From an uncultured Alphaproteobacteria bacterium (GTDB lineage: Bacteria > Pseudomonadota > Alphaproteobacteria > Caulobacterales > Caulobacteraceae), in assembly GCA_963706385.1 (NCBI GenBank), contig OY970153.1, positions 943,578 to 1,007,577 on the forward strand: a DNA stretch of 64,000 bases, given 5' to 3'. The position numbers were made by a program, and so were the translations under genes. This document shows positions 47,904 to 58,364 of the stretch, in pieces (positions within the stretch are counted from its first letter, which is position 1; every line of letters starts with the position of its first letter). The notes beneath the pieces are model-generated. The model worked only from the letters and a program-made list of their open reading frames with translations. It did no database searches and had not been told where the DNA came from.

Positions 47904-49031
47904 CTAGCGGAACCGGGCCGGCGACAGCGCCGCGGCCGTGACGCCGAAGGCCGCCACGTCGTCCGGCAACTTCCGCCGCATGGCCAGCGCGGCGGCGACC
48001 TGGGCGGCGGCCGGGACGGTCTGGACGCCATAGCCGCCCTGGCCGGCCAGCCAGAAGAAGTCCTCGACCTCGGGGTCGTATCCGATCACCAGCGAGCGGT
48101 CGGGGGCGAAGGTGCGAAGGCCGGCCCAGGAGCGGAAGACGCGGCGCACGGGAATGTCGGCCGCCCGCTGCATCCGGTCGATGCAGATCGCCACGTCGAT
48201 CTCCTCGGCGGCGGCGTCGCACGGCGGCGACGGGGTCTCGTCCGCCGGGGTGGCGAGGATCATGCCGCCCTGGGGCTTGAAGTAGAATTGCTCGTCCGCG
48301 TCGATCACCGACGGCCAGGCGCGGGCGTCGACGCCGGGCGGCGCGTCGACCAGAACCACCGTGCGCTTGAGCGGCCGCAGCCCGAGCGAGGCCGCGCCGG
48401 CGAGCGCGGCCACCTCCGTCGCCCAGGCGCCGGCCGCATCAATCACCACGCGCGCGCTGAGCGTCTCGTCGCCGGCCAGCCACGCGGTCCAGCCGGCCTT
48501 GACCCGCTCCAGCCCGATCAGGCCGGCGTTCAGCCGCACCGATCCGCCACGGGCGCGGACCTGCCTGAGGAAGCCCTGGTGCAAGGCGTCGACGTCGATG
48601 TCCATGGCGTCCGGCTCGAACGCCGCCAGCGCCACATAGCCCGGATGCAGCGCCGGACACAGACCGAGGGCCTCGGCCTCGCCGACCCGCTCGATGCGCA
48701 CGCCCGAAGCCAGCGCCCCCTCGTATACAGCCTGAAGCCGCGCTCGCTGGTCATCGCGCGCGATGTGCAAGCAGCCGCGCGGCGTGAGCAGCGGATGGGC
48801 GGCGAACGCCTCCGGCGGCGCATCGAAGAACGGGCGGCTGGCGAGGGTCAGGGCCCGGATCGGCGCCCCGCCGTAGCTGGCCGAATAGAGCGCCGCCGAC
48901 CGGCCGGTGGTGTGATAGCCGTGCGCCGTCTCTCGCTCGATCAGCGCCACCTTCGCCTCGGCGCTCAAGGCCGCCGCCGCCGAAGCGCCGGCGATGCCGG
49001 ATCCGACCACCAGGAAATCAAACTCGGCCAT
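47904..49031 (-). CDS. FAD-dependent oxidoreductase (DAO / glycine-D-amino-acid oxidase-like)
   Basis: MAEFDFLVVGSGIAGASAAAAL is a dinucleotide-binding motif. 375 aa. The track ORF is over-extended to 49247. Confidence 0.8.
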   Translation of the reverse strand: MAEFDFLVVGSGIAGASAAAALSAEAKVALIERETAHGYHTTGRSAALYSASYGGAPIRALTLASRPFFDAPPEAFAAHPLLTPRGCLHIARDDQRARLQAVYEGALASGVRIERVGEAEALGLCPALHPGYVALAAFEPDAMDIDVDALHQGFLRQVRARGGSVRLNAGLIGLERVKAGWTAWLAGDETLSARVVIDAAGAWATEVAALAGAASLGLRPLKRTVVLVDAPPGVDARAWPSVIDADEQFYFKPQGGMILATPADETPSPPCDAAAEEIDVAICIDRMQRAADIPVRRVFRSWAGLRTFAPDRSLVIGYDPEVEDFFWLAGQGGYGVQTVPAAAQVAAALAMRRKLPDDVAAFGVTAAALSPARFR

Positions 49032-49086
49032 AACGACTGGAACCCGACGACAAATCCGCCCTTCAATATCAGCTTGACGCGGATCG

Positions 49087-50790
49087 TCAGCCCATCGGGC
49101 CCTGATAGACTTCGCCGAAACGCTGCAGGCTCGCCAGCGGGACCGACATGTTCGCCGCCCTGTCGGTCCGCACGCAGACGAGCGCCGGCCCGGCCGCTTC
49201 GCGCGCCGCGTCCAACACCGTCTCGAGTTCCGCCATGCTGTCGGCATAAAAGCCGGCGCAGCCCAAGCCCTCGGCGACCTTGTCCCAGCGCACCTCGCCC
49301 ATCTCGGTCCCGAACGTGCGGCCGTAGAGCATCTGCTCGTTCGGAACCTCCATCGACCACGAGCCTTCCGCGAAGACCACCACGGTGACCTTGATCCCTT
49401 CGCGGGCCGCCGATTGCAGTTCCATGGCGTAGAAGCCCGCCGCGCCGTCGCCGGTCACGCAGACCACTTCGCGATCCGGAGAGCCGAGCTTGGCGCCGAT
49501 CGCCGCGGGGATGCCGATGCCCAGCATGCCCAGCTCCAGGATGTTGAGGTAGGATCGCGCGCGCGTCGGCGGCAGCATGAAATGCGCCCACAGGCTGGTG
49601 AAGCCGCCGTCGGCCGCATAGATGGCCTCGCGCCCGAACCGCCGGCCGACGGCCCGCATCACATGGGCGGGGTGCAGGCCGGGTCCGTTGTAGGCGTCCA
49701 CGTCCGCGAACTGCACCTCGCGCCATAGCCGCTCGGTTTCGCGGTAGCGCGCCAGATCGGACGCGGCATTGGCCCGTTTGGGGGCGCGGTCCAGCGCGCG
49801 GACGAGCCCGCCGACCGCGCTGGCCAGCTCGGAGACGATCCCGATCGTGAGCGGCCTGGACACGCCCAGATTCCGCGGATCCACGTCGATCTGGATCAAC
49901 TTCTGGCGTGCGTGGTCGCCCCAATACTTATCGTAGGGCACGTCGAGATTGCCGAGCCGGGTGCCGAGCGCGAGGATCACGTCCGCCTCGGGTCGCGCCT
50001 CGTCGGCGCCGCCGCCATATCCATAGAGATGGTTCGGATGGTCCTGTGGGGCGGCCGAGCGTCCGGCCATGGTGGTGATCACCGGGCACTCGAGCCGTCC
50101 GGCGATCTCCAGCACCGCCGCGCCCACGCCCGCCCGATCAACCCCGGAACCGACGATGATGACGGGACGTTCGGCGCTCTCGAGCAGTCTGGCCGCCGCC
50201 TCGATCTGCGCGGCGCCGGCCTGGGGCGCGGGCGCGCGGTAACGTTCGGGCGGCGCGGGCGGCCCCTCGCCCACCTCGCCGGTCGAGTACATCACCGGCC
50301 CGGGAATCTCGAGCTGGACCGGGCCCGGCCGCCCCGCCCACATTTCCCGAAACGCCATCCGCACCACCTCGGCGATGCGATCGAACGAGAAGATCGGCGC
50401 GCCCCACTTCACCGCCGGCCGGAACACGTCGAGCTGGTCCTGACCCTGAAAGGTGCTGGGCGGCGAGGGATAGACGACGCCCATGCGGTGTTGCGCGGTG
50501 ATCGCGACCAGTGGAACGCCCTCGTGGCGCGCATTGATCACGCCCGGCAAGAGGTTGGCGGTGCCCGGCCCCGGGTTGGTCAGCGTGGCCGCGACCTGGC
50601 CGGTGGTCTTGTAGAGCCCTTCAGCCATATAGGCCGCGGCGGATTCATGCCGCACGGGAACAAAACGGATGCCGTTGGCCTCCAGCGCGGCGAGGAAGGG
50701 GTCCACTTCCGGCGACGGCAGCCCGAACACGAACCGCACGCCCTCGCTCGCCAGGCATTGCGCGAGCCGTTCGCCGCCCGTCACCATCAT
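49087..50790 (-). CDS. Thiamine-pyrophosphate-dependent enzyme (acetolactate synthase large subunit-like)
   Basis: MMVTGGERLAQCLASEGVRFVFGLPS…RHESAAAYMAEG…NPGPGTANLLPG…TGDGAAGF… are the TPP N, M and C domains. Confidence 0.85.
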   Translation of the reverse strand: MMVTGGERLAQCLASEGVRFVFGLPSPEVDPFLAALEANGIRFVPVRHESAAAYMAEGLYKTTGQVAATLTNPGPGTANLLPGVINARHEGVPLVAITAQHRMGVVYPSPPSTFQGQDQLDVFRPAVKWGAPIFSFDRIAEVVRMAFREMWAGRPGPVQLEIPGPVMYSTGEVGEGPPAPPERYRAPAPQAGAAQIEAAARLLESAERPVIIVGSGVDRAGVGAAVLEIAGRLECPVITTMAGRSAAPQDHPNHLYGYGGGADEARPEADVILALGTRLGNLDVPYDKYWGDHARQKLIQIDVDPRNLGVSRPLTIGIVSELASAVGGLVRALDRAPKRANAASDLARYRETERLWREVQFADVDAYNGPGLHPAHVMRAVGRRFGREAIYAADGGFTSLWAHFMLPPTRARSYLNILELGMLGIGIPAAIGAKLGSPDREVVCVTGDGAAGFYAMELQSAAREGIKVTVVVFAEGSWSMEVPNEQMLYGRTFGTEMGEVRWDKVAEGLGCAGFYADSMAELETVLDAAREAAGPALVCVRTDRAANMSVPLASLQRFGEVYQGPMG

Positions 50791-50996
50791 GGCGTCACCT
50801 TCCCAAACTTGAGCCTTGCCCCGCCATCCGGCCTCGGCGGCGTCAACGCACTGGAGGACGACCCGGGCGCCGCCGCCTTAACCTAGCTCAATCGGGCGAG
50901 ACGGCCCGGCCCCTTGACTTCGGCGCGGCGGACGGTCGAGCTGTCGGCTCGGCCAGCCCGGGGACCCAACCCGCGGGCGGCGAGGCGGGGACGCGC

Positions 50997-51088
50997 GTGC
51001 TGTCGCTGGATTACCGCCTGGCCCCGAGTCGCCCTTCCCGGCCGCGGTGGACGACGCCGACGAATTCATCCGTGGACAGATGAAATAG
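50997..51088 (+). pseudogene. Fragment of an alpha/beta hydrolase (HSL/esterase-lipase family)
   Basis: VLSLDYRLAP(E)-SPFPAAVDDADEFIRGQMK*. The family motif vsvDYRLAPE.pfPaa.dDa is recognisable but needs a 1-nt correction in the Glu codon. Both flanking parts of the gene are absent. Confidence 0.5.
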
Positions 51089-51089
51089 T

Positions 51090-52166
51090 CTAACGGCCAA
51101 TTCGCTCGGCCAGGATGCCGACGACGGCCTTCGCCTCGTCCCACCAGCGGCGGACCAACGCCCCCGCCTCTCCCGGCTGGATCAGCTTCACCGCCTGGCC
51201 GGCCCAGAGCGAGATGACCTGCGGATCGTCCATCCGCGTGGCCGCCGCGCGCAGTGGCTGGGTCAGCCGGTTCTGCACCGGATAGCCGGGGACCTCGGCC
51301 TCGAAAGGGCGCATCCGGCGCATGAAGTCGTTCTCGATCCCCCGGGCGTGGCGGCCGGAGAAGGCGCGCGTCAGGCGCGTGGCGTCGTCTGCGGCGGCCT
51401 CCAGCGCGCACCGCCAGGGCGGGCTGACCGCGCTCTCGTCGCTGAGCAGGAAGGCGGTGCCCATCTGAACCGCCGCCGCGCCCAGCGCCAGGGCCGCCGT
51501 CACCCCGCGCCCGTCCATGATCCCGCCGGCGGCGATCACCGGGACATCCACCGCCTGCCGGACCAGCGGGATCAGGGCCATGGTTCCCACCAGGCTCTCG
51601 TCGACCGGCGCCAGGAAGCTTCCGCGGTGGCCGCCGGCCTCGGACCCTTGCGCGCAGATCGCATCGGCGCCGGCTTCGACCCAGGCCCGGGCCTCGGCCA
51701 CCGTGGTCGCCGTGCCGATCACCAGCGTGCCTTGCGCCTTGAGCGCCCTCACCTGCTCGGCCCGCAGGATCGAAAAGGTGAAAGACGCCGCCGGCGGGGC
51801 GGCGCGGATCACCGCGGCGAGTTGCGCCTCGAAGTCCGGCCCGAATTCATTCGGCGCGGCCGGGAGCGGAAGCCCGAGCGCCTCGTACCAGGGCGCCAGC
51901 CTGGCCAGCGCCGCCTCGACCACCGCCGCGTCTGGCCTCGCCGGCTCGCTCATCAGCAGGTTCACCGCGAACGGCGCCGCGCCCGCCGCCTTCAGCGTGG
52001 CGACCGCGGCCTCGATCTCGGCCGGCGAAAAGCCCGCCGCGGCCAGCGAGCCCAGGCCGCCGGCCCGGCTGACCGCCGCCGTCATCGCCAGGGTCGAGGC
52101 GCCTAGCATCGGCGCCTGGATGATCGGGATCGGCAGGTTGGCGAAAAAGGCCTCGGCGCGGGTCAT
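51090..52166 (-). CDS. Nitronate monooxygenase (NMO; 2-nitropropane dioxygenase family)
   Basis: MTRAEAFFANLPIPIIQAPMLGAST…QGSEAGGHRGSF…IAAGGIMDGRG… 358 aa. The track ORF is over-extended. Confidence 0.85.
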   Translation of the reverse strand: MTRAEAFFANLPIPIIQAPMLGASTLAMTAAVSRAGGLGSLAAAGFSPAEIEAAVATLKAAGAAPFAVNLLMSEPARPDAAVVEAALARLAPWYEALGLPLPAAPNEFGPDFEAQLAAVIRAAPPAASFTFSILRAEQVRALKAQGTLVIGTATTVAEARAWVEAGADAICAQGSEAGGHRGSFLAPVDESLVGTMALIPLVRQAVDVPVIAAGGIMDGRGVTAALALGAAAVQMGTAFLLSDESAVSPPWRCALEAAADDATRLTRAFSGRHARGIENDFMRRMRPFEAEVPGYPVQNRLTQPLRAAATRMDDPQVISLWAGQAVKLIQPGEAGALVRRWWDEAKAVVGILAERIGR

Positions 52167-52954
52167 TCGCCCTCCTTGGCCTCGGCGGCGGCCTTCTCTC
52201 GCGCCAGCCGGGCCAGCACCCGGCCGCGCCCCTTGGTCAGGGCGGTGACCACCCCGCGCAGGGTGCGAGTCTCCTGGCTGGTCAAGCCGGCGCGAGCGAA
52301 GATGGCGCGCAGATTGCGCACCATCGACGGGGTCTTTTCCGGCGGAAAGAAGAAACCCGAGGCGTCCAATTCGCGCTCCAGCTGCTCGTAGAAGCCCACC
52401 AGTTCGGCCTGGTCCGCCGGCGGATCGTCGGGACGAAAGGCCGGCGGCGGGCGGTCGCGCACGGTCATGCGCCACTCGTAGGCGTTGATCGCCACCGCCT
52501 GGGCCAAGTTCAGCGAGCGGAACCGGGAATCGATCGGCACGGTGATGATCGCCTGGCAAAGGGCGATGTCGGCGGTCTCCAGCCCCGCCCGCTCGCCGCC
52601 GAACAAGAGCCCGCTGGCCAGTCCCAGGTCGGCTGCGGCCGACAGCTCACTCGCCGCCTCGCGCGGGGTGAGCAGCGGCAGGCGCACCTCGCGCGGCCGC
52701 GCCGTGGTGGCGTAGAGCCGACGCAGATCGCCGACGGCGTCCCCCAGCCGGTCGAACACCCGCGCATTGTCCAGCGGCCAGTCCGCGCCCGAAGCGCTGG
52801 CCCAGGCGCGATCCTGCGGCCAGCCGTCGCGCGGTCGCACCAGCCTAAGGTCCGAAAGGCCGAAATTGGCCATCACCCGGGCCACCGCCCCGATGTTTTC
52901 GGCCAGTTGCGGCTCGTTGAGGATCACGCAAGGGCAGGTCGGGGAAGGCTCCAT
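52163..52954 (-). CDS. SpoU/TrmH-family RNA 2-prime-O-methyltransferase (TrmJ-like)
   Basis: …VILNEPQLAENIGAVARVMANFGLSDLRLV…LLFGGERAGL…SLNLAQAVAI… ATGA overlap with the NMO gene. Confidence 0.8.
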   Translation of the reverse strand: MEPSPTCPCVILNEPQLAENIGAVARVMANFGLSDLRLVRPRDGWPQDRAWASASGADWPLDNARVFDRLGDAVGDLRRLYATTARPREVRLPLLTPREAASELSAAADLGLASGLLFGGERAGLETADIALCQAIITVPIDSRFRSLNLAQAVAINAYEWRMTVRDRPPPAFRPDDPPADQAELVGFYEQLERELDASGFFFPPEKTPSMVRNLRAIFARAGLTSQETRTLRGVVTALTKGRGRVLARLAREKAAAEAKEGE

Positions 52955-53079
52955 CCGGCTTCGAATACCGGGTTTCGTCCGGCCTCGCGAGCGTCTATAG
53001 CGGGGCCCGCGCGCCCGCGCCGGCCCTGTGAGCCGCCGTCTGGAGCCGCGCACCGACAGGCCCTCAGGCTGGAGCGCGC

Positions 53080-54294
53080 ATGGCCAAGATTAAAGTGAAG
53101 AACCCCGTCGTCGACCTCGACGGGGACGAGATGACCCGGATCATCTGGCGGATGATCAAGGACAAGCTGATCTTTCCCTTCCTCGACCTGACCACCGATT
53201 ACTACGACCTGGGAATCGAGCACCGCGACGAAACCGACGACAAGGTCACCGTCGACGCCGCCGAGGCGATCAAGCGGCATGGCGTGGGCATCAAGTGCGC
53301 CACCATCACTCCGGACGAGGCCCGGGTGAAGGAATTTCACCTGAAGCAGATGTGGAAGTCGCCCAACGGCACCATCCGCAACATCTTGGGCGGGGTGATC
53401 TTCCGCGAGCCGATCATCTGCCGCAACGTGCCGCGCCTGGTGCCCGGCTGGACCCAACCGATCATCATCGGCCGCCACGCCTACGGCGACCAGTATCGCG
53501 CCACCGACTTCGTGGTCCCCGGACCCGGCAAACTGACCCTCAAGTTCGAGGGCGTCGACGGCAAGGTGATCGAACGTGAAGTGTTCGAGTTCCCCGGCGG
53601 CGGGGTCGCCATGGCGATGTACAACCTCGACGCGTCGATCCGCGACTTCGCCCACGCCACCTTCGTCTATGCCCTGGCGCGCAAATTCCCAGTTTACCTA
53701 TCGACCAAGAACACCATCCTCAAGGCCTACGACGGCCGGTTCAAGGACATCTTCCAGGAAGTGTTCGACGCCGAATACGCCGAGAAGTTCAAGGCCGTGG
53801 GCCTGACCTACGAGCACCGGCTGATCGACGACATGGTCGCTTCGGCGCTGAAATGGTCGGGCAACTTCGTCTGGGCCTGCAAGAACTACGACGGCGACGT
53901 GCAGTCCGACACGGTGGCGCAGGGCTATGGCTCGCTCGGCCTGATGACCTCGGTGCTGATCACCCCGGACGGCAAGATCATGGAGGCCGAGGCCGCCCAC
54001 GGCACGGTCACCCGCCACTATCGCCAGCACCAGCGCGGCGAGAGCACCTCGACCAATTCGATTGCCTCGATCTTCGCCTGGACCCAGGGGCTCAAACACC
54101 GGGGCAAGCTGGACGGCAACGCGGATTTGGAGCACTTCGCCGACACCTTGGAGAAGGTCTGCGTCTCGACCGTGGAGTCCGGTTCGATGACCAAGGACCT
54201 GGCCCTGCTGGTGGGCGACAATCAGGGCTGGCTGAGCACCGAGGGCTTCATCGACAAGGTGGCGGCGAACCTGAGCAAGGCGCTGGCGGCCTGA
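53080..54294 (+). CDS. icd: NADP-dependent isocitrate dehydrogenase (404-aa, eukaryote-like subfamily)
   Basis: [37 protein letters not shown]…[12 protein letters not shown]…[10 protein letters not shown]…. Confidence 0.95.
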   Translation: MAKIKVKNPVVDLDGDEMTRIIWRMIKDKLIFPFLDLTTDYYDLGIEHRDETDDKVTVDAAEAIKRHGVGIKCATITPDEARVKEFHLKQMWKSPNGTIRNILGGVIFREPIICRNVPRLVPGWTQPIIIGRHAYGDQYRATDFVVPGPGKLTLKFEGVDGKVIEREVFEFPGGGVAMAMYNLDASIRDFAHATFVYALARKFPVYLSTKNTILKAYDGRFKDIFQEVFDAEYAEKFKAVGLTYEHRLIDDMVASALKWSGNFVWACKNYDGDVQSDTVAQGYGSLGLMTSVLITPDGKIMEAEAAHGTVTRHYRQHQRGESTSTNSIASIFAWTQGLKHRGKLDGNADLEHFADTLEKVCVSTVESGSMTKDLALLVGDNQGWLSTEGFIDKVAANLSKALAA

Positions 54295-54321
54295 AGCGGA
54301 GTCGGGCGCGAGCCTCTCGAT

Positions 54322-54849
54322 TCATTTCCGCGCGTATGGGGCGCCGAAGTCGGCTTGACCCGCGAAGTCCGCCAAGGCCGACAGCACGGCCTCGCGGCTT
54401 TTGAACAGGCAGTCGTGGCTCACGGAATCGTCGTCCTCCGGTCGGCCACCATGGTCGGCCGCGAGCTTGGCGTCCAGCGGATCGGCGCAGTCGGGAATCG
54501 CCAAATAGACCCGCTCGCCCTTCAGCAGCAGCACCGCGTAGACGAAACCGTCGGGGGTCTCCTCGGCCGCCGCGAAAGCCTTGAGCCCGCCCAGCGGCAA
54601 GGGGTTGAACAGCACCCGCCGGGTCTCGCCGATCGTCCCGTCGGGATTGAACTGCTCGACGCGATGCCAGCCGTCCGGATCTCGATCGATCCGCAAGCGC
54701 TCATGGTCCCCGCCGTCCCGCTGATAGACCCCATCGTCCAGCGGATGGACCGCCGCGTCGGGATCGAGCAGCAGGCCGCGCGAGGCGTAGCAGGCGCCGA
54801 GGCTGACGGCGGCGATGAGCAGGAGTGTGGCGAGGATGGCGGTTTTCAT
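54322..54849 (-). CDS. Hypothetical lipoprotein
   Basis: MKTAILATLLLIAAVSLGAC|YAS has a lipobox. Confidence 0.6.
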   Translation of the reverse strand: MKTAILATLLLIAAVSLGACYASRGLLLDPDAAVHPLDDGVYQRDGGDHERLRIDRDPDGWHRVEQFNPDGTIGETRRVLFNPLPLGGLKAFAAAEETPDGFVYAVLLLKGERVYLAIPDCADPLDAKLAADHGGRPEDDDSVSHDCLFKSREAVLSALADFAGQADFGAPYARK

Positions 54850-54958
54850 CGGAGAATCCGATTGATCGTGCGCGGGGGACGAGCGGGTTTAGGGGTGGCC
54901 CACGCCCCTCGTCCACCCCTTCCCTCACCGCCGACGAAGGACTAGACGCGCTTAGGTC

Positions 54959-55906
54959 ATGGTCATCAGCCCCCTGCCCGACGCCGCGCCGACCAACTGG
55001 GTGGACCGTCATGCGCCCGCGCGCCTGCGGCCCTGGCTGAAGCTCGGCCGACTCGACCGGCCGGCGGGGATCTGGCTGCTGATGCTGCCCGGCTGGCAGG
55101 GGATCGCGCTCGCCGCCGCCGAGCGGGGGCGCTGGCCCAGCCCCTGGCTTTTGACCGCCTTCCTGGCCGGCGCGGTGCTGATGCGGGCGGCGGGCTGCGC
55201 GTTCAACGACATCGTCGACCGCGATTTCGACGCCAAGGTCGCGCGCACGGCCTTAAGGCCCGTCGCCTCCGGCCAGATCAGCGTGCGCGGCGCCTGGGCC
55301 TTCCTGGTCGCGTGCTGCCTGCTCAGCTTCGCCATCCTGGTCAGCCTGGGCCCCCTGGCGATCGGGCTGGGCGTCGCATCGCTGGCGCTGGTCGCGGCCT
55401 ATCCGTTCATGAAGCGGATCACCTGGTGGCCGCAGGCCTGGCTCGGCTTGACCTTCAACTGGGGCGCGCTCTTGGGCTACGCCGCGGCCAGCGGGCGGCT
55501 CGATGCGGCCGCGGGCCTGCTCTACGCTTCAGGGATCTTCTGGACCCTGGGCTACGACACCATCTATGCGGTGCAGGACCTCGAGGACGACGCCCTGGCC
55601 GGGGTCAAGTCCTCGGCCCGCCGGCTGGGCGAGGCCGCGCCGCGCGGCGTGGCCGTCTTCTACATCATCGCCATCGCCCTGGCGCTCGCGGCCGCCGCCA
55701 TGGGCCGCGCGGGACCGTTGTTCCCGCCACTCTTGGCGGCCTTCGGCGCGCACCTGATGCTCCAGGCCCGCCGGCTGCGGATCGACGATCCGATGGGCGC
55801 GCTCGGCCTGTTCAAATCCAACCGCGACGCCGGCCTGATCTTGTTTCTGGCGCTGCTCGCCGGCCATTGGCGCGCGCCGGCGGCCCTGTTCGGCCTGACG
55901 TTCTGA
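54959..55906 (+). CDS. ubiA: 4-hydroxybenzoate polyprenyltransferase
   Basis: …GCAFNDIVDRDFDAKVARTALRP… (NDxxDxxxD motif) …YDTIYAVQDLEDD… Polytopic. Confidence 0.9.
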   Translation: MVISPLPDAAPTNWVDRHAPARLRPWLKLGRLDRPAGIWLLMLPGWQGIALAAAERGRWPSPWLLTAFLAGAVLMRAAGCAFNDIVDRDFDAKVARTALRPVASGQISVRGAWAFLVACCLLSFAILVSLGPLAIGLGVASLALVAAYPFMKRITWWPQAWLGLTFNWGALLGYAAASGRLDAAAGLLYASGIFWTLGYDTIYAVQDLEDDALAGVKSSARRLGEAAPRGVAVFYIIAIALALAAAAMGRAGPLFPPLLAAFGAHLMLQARRLRIDDPMGALGLFKSNRDAGLILFLALLAGHWRAPAALFGLTF

Positions 55907-55961
55907 GGGCCAAAGCCCCGCGCCAGTTGCGGCGCGGCCCCGGTAAGCGCATTTTAGGGCC

Positions 55962-56885
55962 ATGCCCGCCGTCGCCCGCCTCAATCCGAAGGACTTCTTC
56001 ACCCGAGGAGAATGGGCGGGGCTGTCCGAGCGTTCGTCCTGGAAGGGACTGGCCCTGGTCGCCCACTGCTGGGCGGTGATCGCCGCGGTCGGGGCGGTGG
56101 CGGTGATCTGGCCGATCACCATTCCGCTGGCGGTGATGATCATCGGTGCGCGGCAGCTGGGGCTGGCCATCCTGATGCACGACGCCGCCCATCGGGCGCT
56201 GCACCCCGATCCCAAGGTCAATGATTTCGTCGGTGAGTGGTTCTGCGCGCCGGGGCTGGCGCGCTACCGCGCCTATCACCTGAGCCATCACAAGCTGGCC
56301 CAGCAGGACGACGATCCCGACCTGGTGCTCTCCGCGCCGTTCCCGATCACCCGCGCCTCCCTGCGCCGCAAGATCGTGCGCGACCTGACCGGCCAGACCT
56401 TCTTCAAGCAGCGCTTCGGCCTTTTGACCGCCAAGCTGAAAGCGCGCGCGCCCGGCCAGTCGGCGCTGGCGATCCTCGGCGGCGAGATCAGGCGCCAGCG
56501 CCGCTTCCTGACCGGCAACCTCATGCTGCTGACCCTGCTCAGCGCCGCCGGCCTGTGGTGGGCCTATTTCGTCCTGTGGCTGCTGCCCCAGGCGAGCTGG
56601 CTGCCAATGGTCACCCGCCTGCGCAACATCGCCGAGCACGCCTGCATCGCCAAGAACGAACCCGATCCGATGCGCCAGGCGCGCACCACCCGCGCGGGCC
56701 TGATCGAGCGGGCGCTGATCGCGCCCTATTTCGTCCATTACCACTGCGAACATCACATGTTCATGCACCTGCCCTGCTACAGCCTGCCCAAGGCCCATCG
56801 CCTGCTGACCGCCAAGGGCGTGATCGAGCGGATGGAGGTGCGGCCGAACTACCTGACCGTGCTCGCCATGGCCGCTGGGGCGTGA
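55962..56885 (+). CDS. Fatty acid desaturase-family membrane protein
   Basis: The three His boxes are HDAAH, HLSHH and HCEHH. Confidence 0.8.
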   Translation: MPAVARLNPKDFFTRGEWAGLSERSSWKGLALVAHCWAVIAAVGAVAVIWPITIPLAVMIIGARQLGLAILMHDAAHRALHPDPKVNDFVGEWFCAPGLARYRAYHLSHHKLAQQDDDPDLVLSAPFPITRASLRRKIVRDLTGQTFFKQRFGLLTAKLKARAPGQSALAILGGEIRRQRRFLTGNLMLLTLLSAAGLWWAYFVLWLLPQASWLPMVTRLRNIAEHACIAKNEPDPMRQARTTRAGLIERALIAPYFVHYHCEHHMFMHLPCYSLPKAHRLLTAKGVIERMEVRPNYLTVLAMAAGA

Positions 56886-57170
56886 TCGCCGACCACCGCG
56901 GGTTCATCCTCGCCAACACCCGGCTGCAAAGCCCCCCGCACACCCCCGAGATCGCCCTGCGTCTCGCCGACGAGATGACTCCGATCTGGCGGATGACCGA
57001 GGAACAACTCGGCGAGATCGGCCTGCCGCCGCCGTTCTGGGCCTTCGCCTGGGTCAAGGATCAGGTTGGAACATTCCCTAGATTTGAATAGGGCACTCCT
57101 TGCGCTCATGGTCGTGTTTATGACCAGCCAAATGCATGGTAGCGTCGCCGTGGGCACGGGAGGGCGACGC

Positions 57171-57503
57171 TTGAAGTTCATTTCGATATTGGCGGCACTC
57201 GCTATCGCTGCGCCTCCGAGCGTCGTGTTCGCCCAAGATTGCTACCCGACCAACTTCGCACCCTTCGGCGCCAAGCTGGACGAAGACCTGACCGAAGCCC
57301 AAGTAATCGCTATCACCGGCTTCCAGCCCAACACCGTGTCGCTGGACACTTGCGGTCAGAAGTCCAAGGGCGGCGATTGGTCATGCAAGATCGAGACGTG
57401 GGGCGGGGCATGTAGCGGCCAACTGATCGTCTATTTCCGCAAGAACGCTGACGGCGTTTGGGTCGTTAATAATTGGGATTCGAACGCGCCGTTGGGCTTT
57501 TAG
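57171..57503 (+). CDS. Hypothetical small secreted protein (four Cys) in the insertion cassette
   Basis: A TTG start gives (M)KFISILAALAIAAPPSVVFA|QDCYPT… Mature protein about 90 aa. …LTEAQVIAITGFQPNTV…GQLIVYFRKNADGVWVVNNW suggests a BamE/BLIP-like small beta-rich fold; this is a guess. Confidence 0.45.
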   Translation: MKFISILAALAIAAPPSVVFAQDCYPTNFAPFGAKLDEDLTEAQVIAITGFQPNTVSLDTCGQKSKGGDWSCKIETWGGACSGQLIVYFRKNADGVWVVNNWDSNAPLGF

Positions 57504-57697
57504 TCCAAGAGGGTCAGGTGAACGGTCGGGTAGCCTTCGATGGCCGCGTTCTTCACGATGTCCATGGTGAAGTCGTAGGTGCGTTCGTTGTGATCCGGCG
57601 CCGAACGCGGCACTGGACGCTCCGCTACAACGGTCATCGCGTCCGACCAGAAATCCCGGTCTACGAACTTTACGCCCTTCATTTGGTCAACGGTCAT
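57500..57697 (-). CDS. Hypothetical 65-aa protein in the insertion cassette
   Basis: MTVDQMKGVKFVDRDFWSDAMTVVAERPVPRSAPDHNERTYDFTMDIVKNAAIEGYPTVHLTLLD. Its stop overlaps the stop of the convergent ORF (TTAG). Confidence 0.35.
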   Translation of the reverse strand: MTVDQMKGVKFVDRDFWSDAMTVVAERPVPRSAPDHNERTYDFTMDIVKNAAIEGYPTVHLTLLD

Positions 57698-58364
57698 CGC
57701 TGCGATCCAATCAACTGACGGGCGAGAATAACCCGAAAGCGTAGCTCGTGCAAAACGCGCCCTGTGAGCCGAAAAGATCGCCGTTCTGGGCTTTCACCCA
57801 ATCATTTCCGATAATAAATCCGCTACTGATGTTATCGCATTGATTATTATTGGTATTTTTTGAGATTCCAATCTGACCTTTCGCATGGGCCGGCGGCCAG
57901 GCCCTGGCGCGCTATCTGCTGGACCATCCGGCCGAGGTCGCCGGCAAGCGGGTGCTGGATTTCGCCGCCGGCTCGGGCTTGGTGGGCATAGCCGCGATGA
58001 AGGCTGGGGCGAAAAGCGTGCTCTGCGCCGACATCGACGGTTTCTGCGCCGCGGCGGTGGCGCTGAACGGGCAGGCGAACGGCGTCGTGCTGGACTTCAC
58101 CGACCGGGATCTGCTGGACGGCCCGCCCCCGCCCGTCGACCTGATCGCCGCCGGCGACATCTGCTACGAAAAGCCCCTGGCCGAACGGGTGCTGGCCTGG
58201 CTGGACGAGGCGAGGCGGCAAGGGACGCGCGTGCTGATCGGCGATCCGGGGCGCAGCTACTTTCCCCGCGCGGGCCTTGAAAAGCTCGCCGAATACCAGG
58301 TGCCGACCACCCGCGAACTGGAGGACATGGAGGTCAAGAAGACCGCGGTCTGGGCCCTGTCGGC

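Larger units (their letters stand above)
57053..57879. other. Insertion cassette, AT-richer by eye, with no transposase, splitting the methyltransferase gene
   Basis: It is flanked by TTCGCCTGG (57044-57052) and TTCGCATGG (57880-57888). Subterminal 13-nt inverted repeats G(A/G)TCAG(G/A)TTGGAA lie at 57059-57071 and 57866-57878. It carries two convergent small ORFs. Confidence 0.6.
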
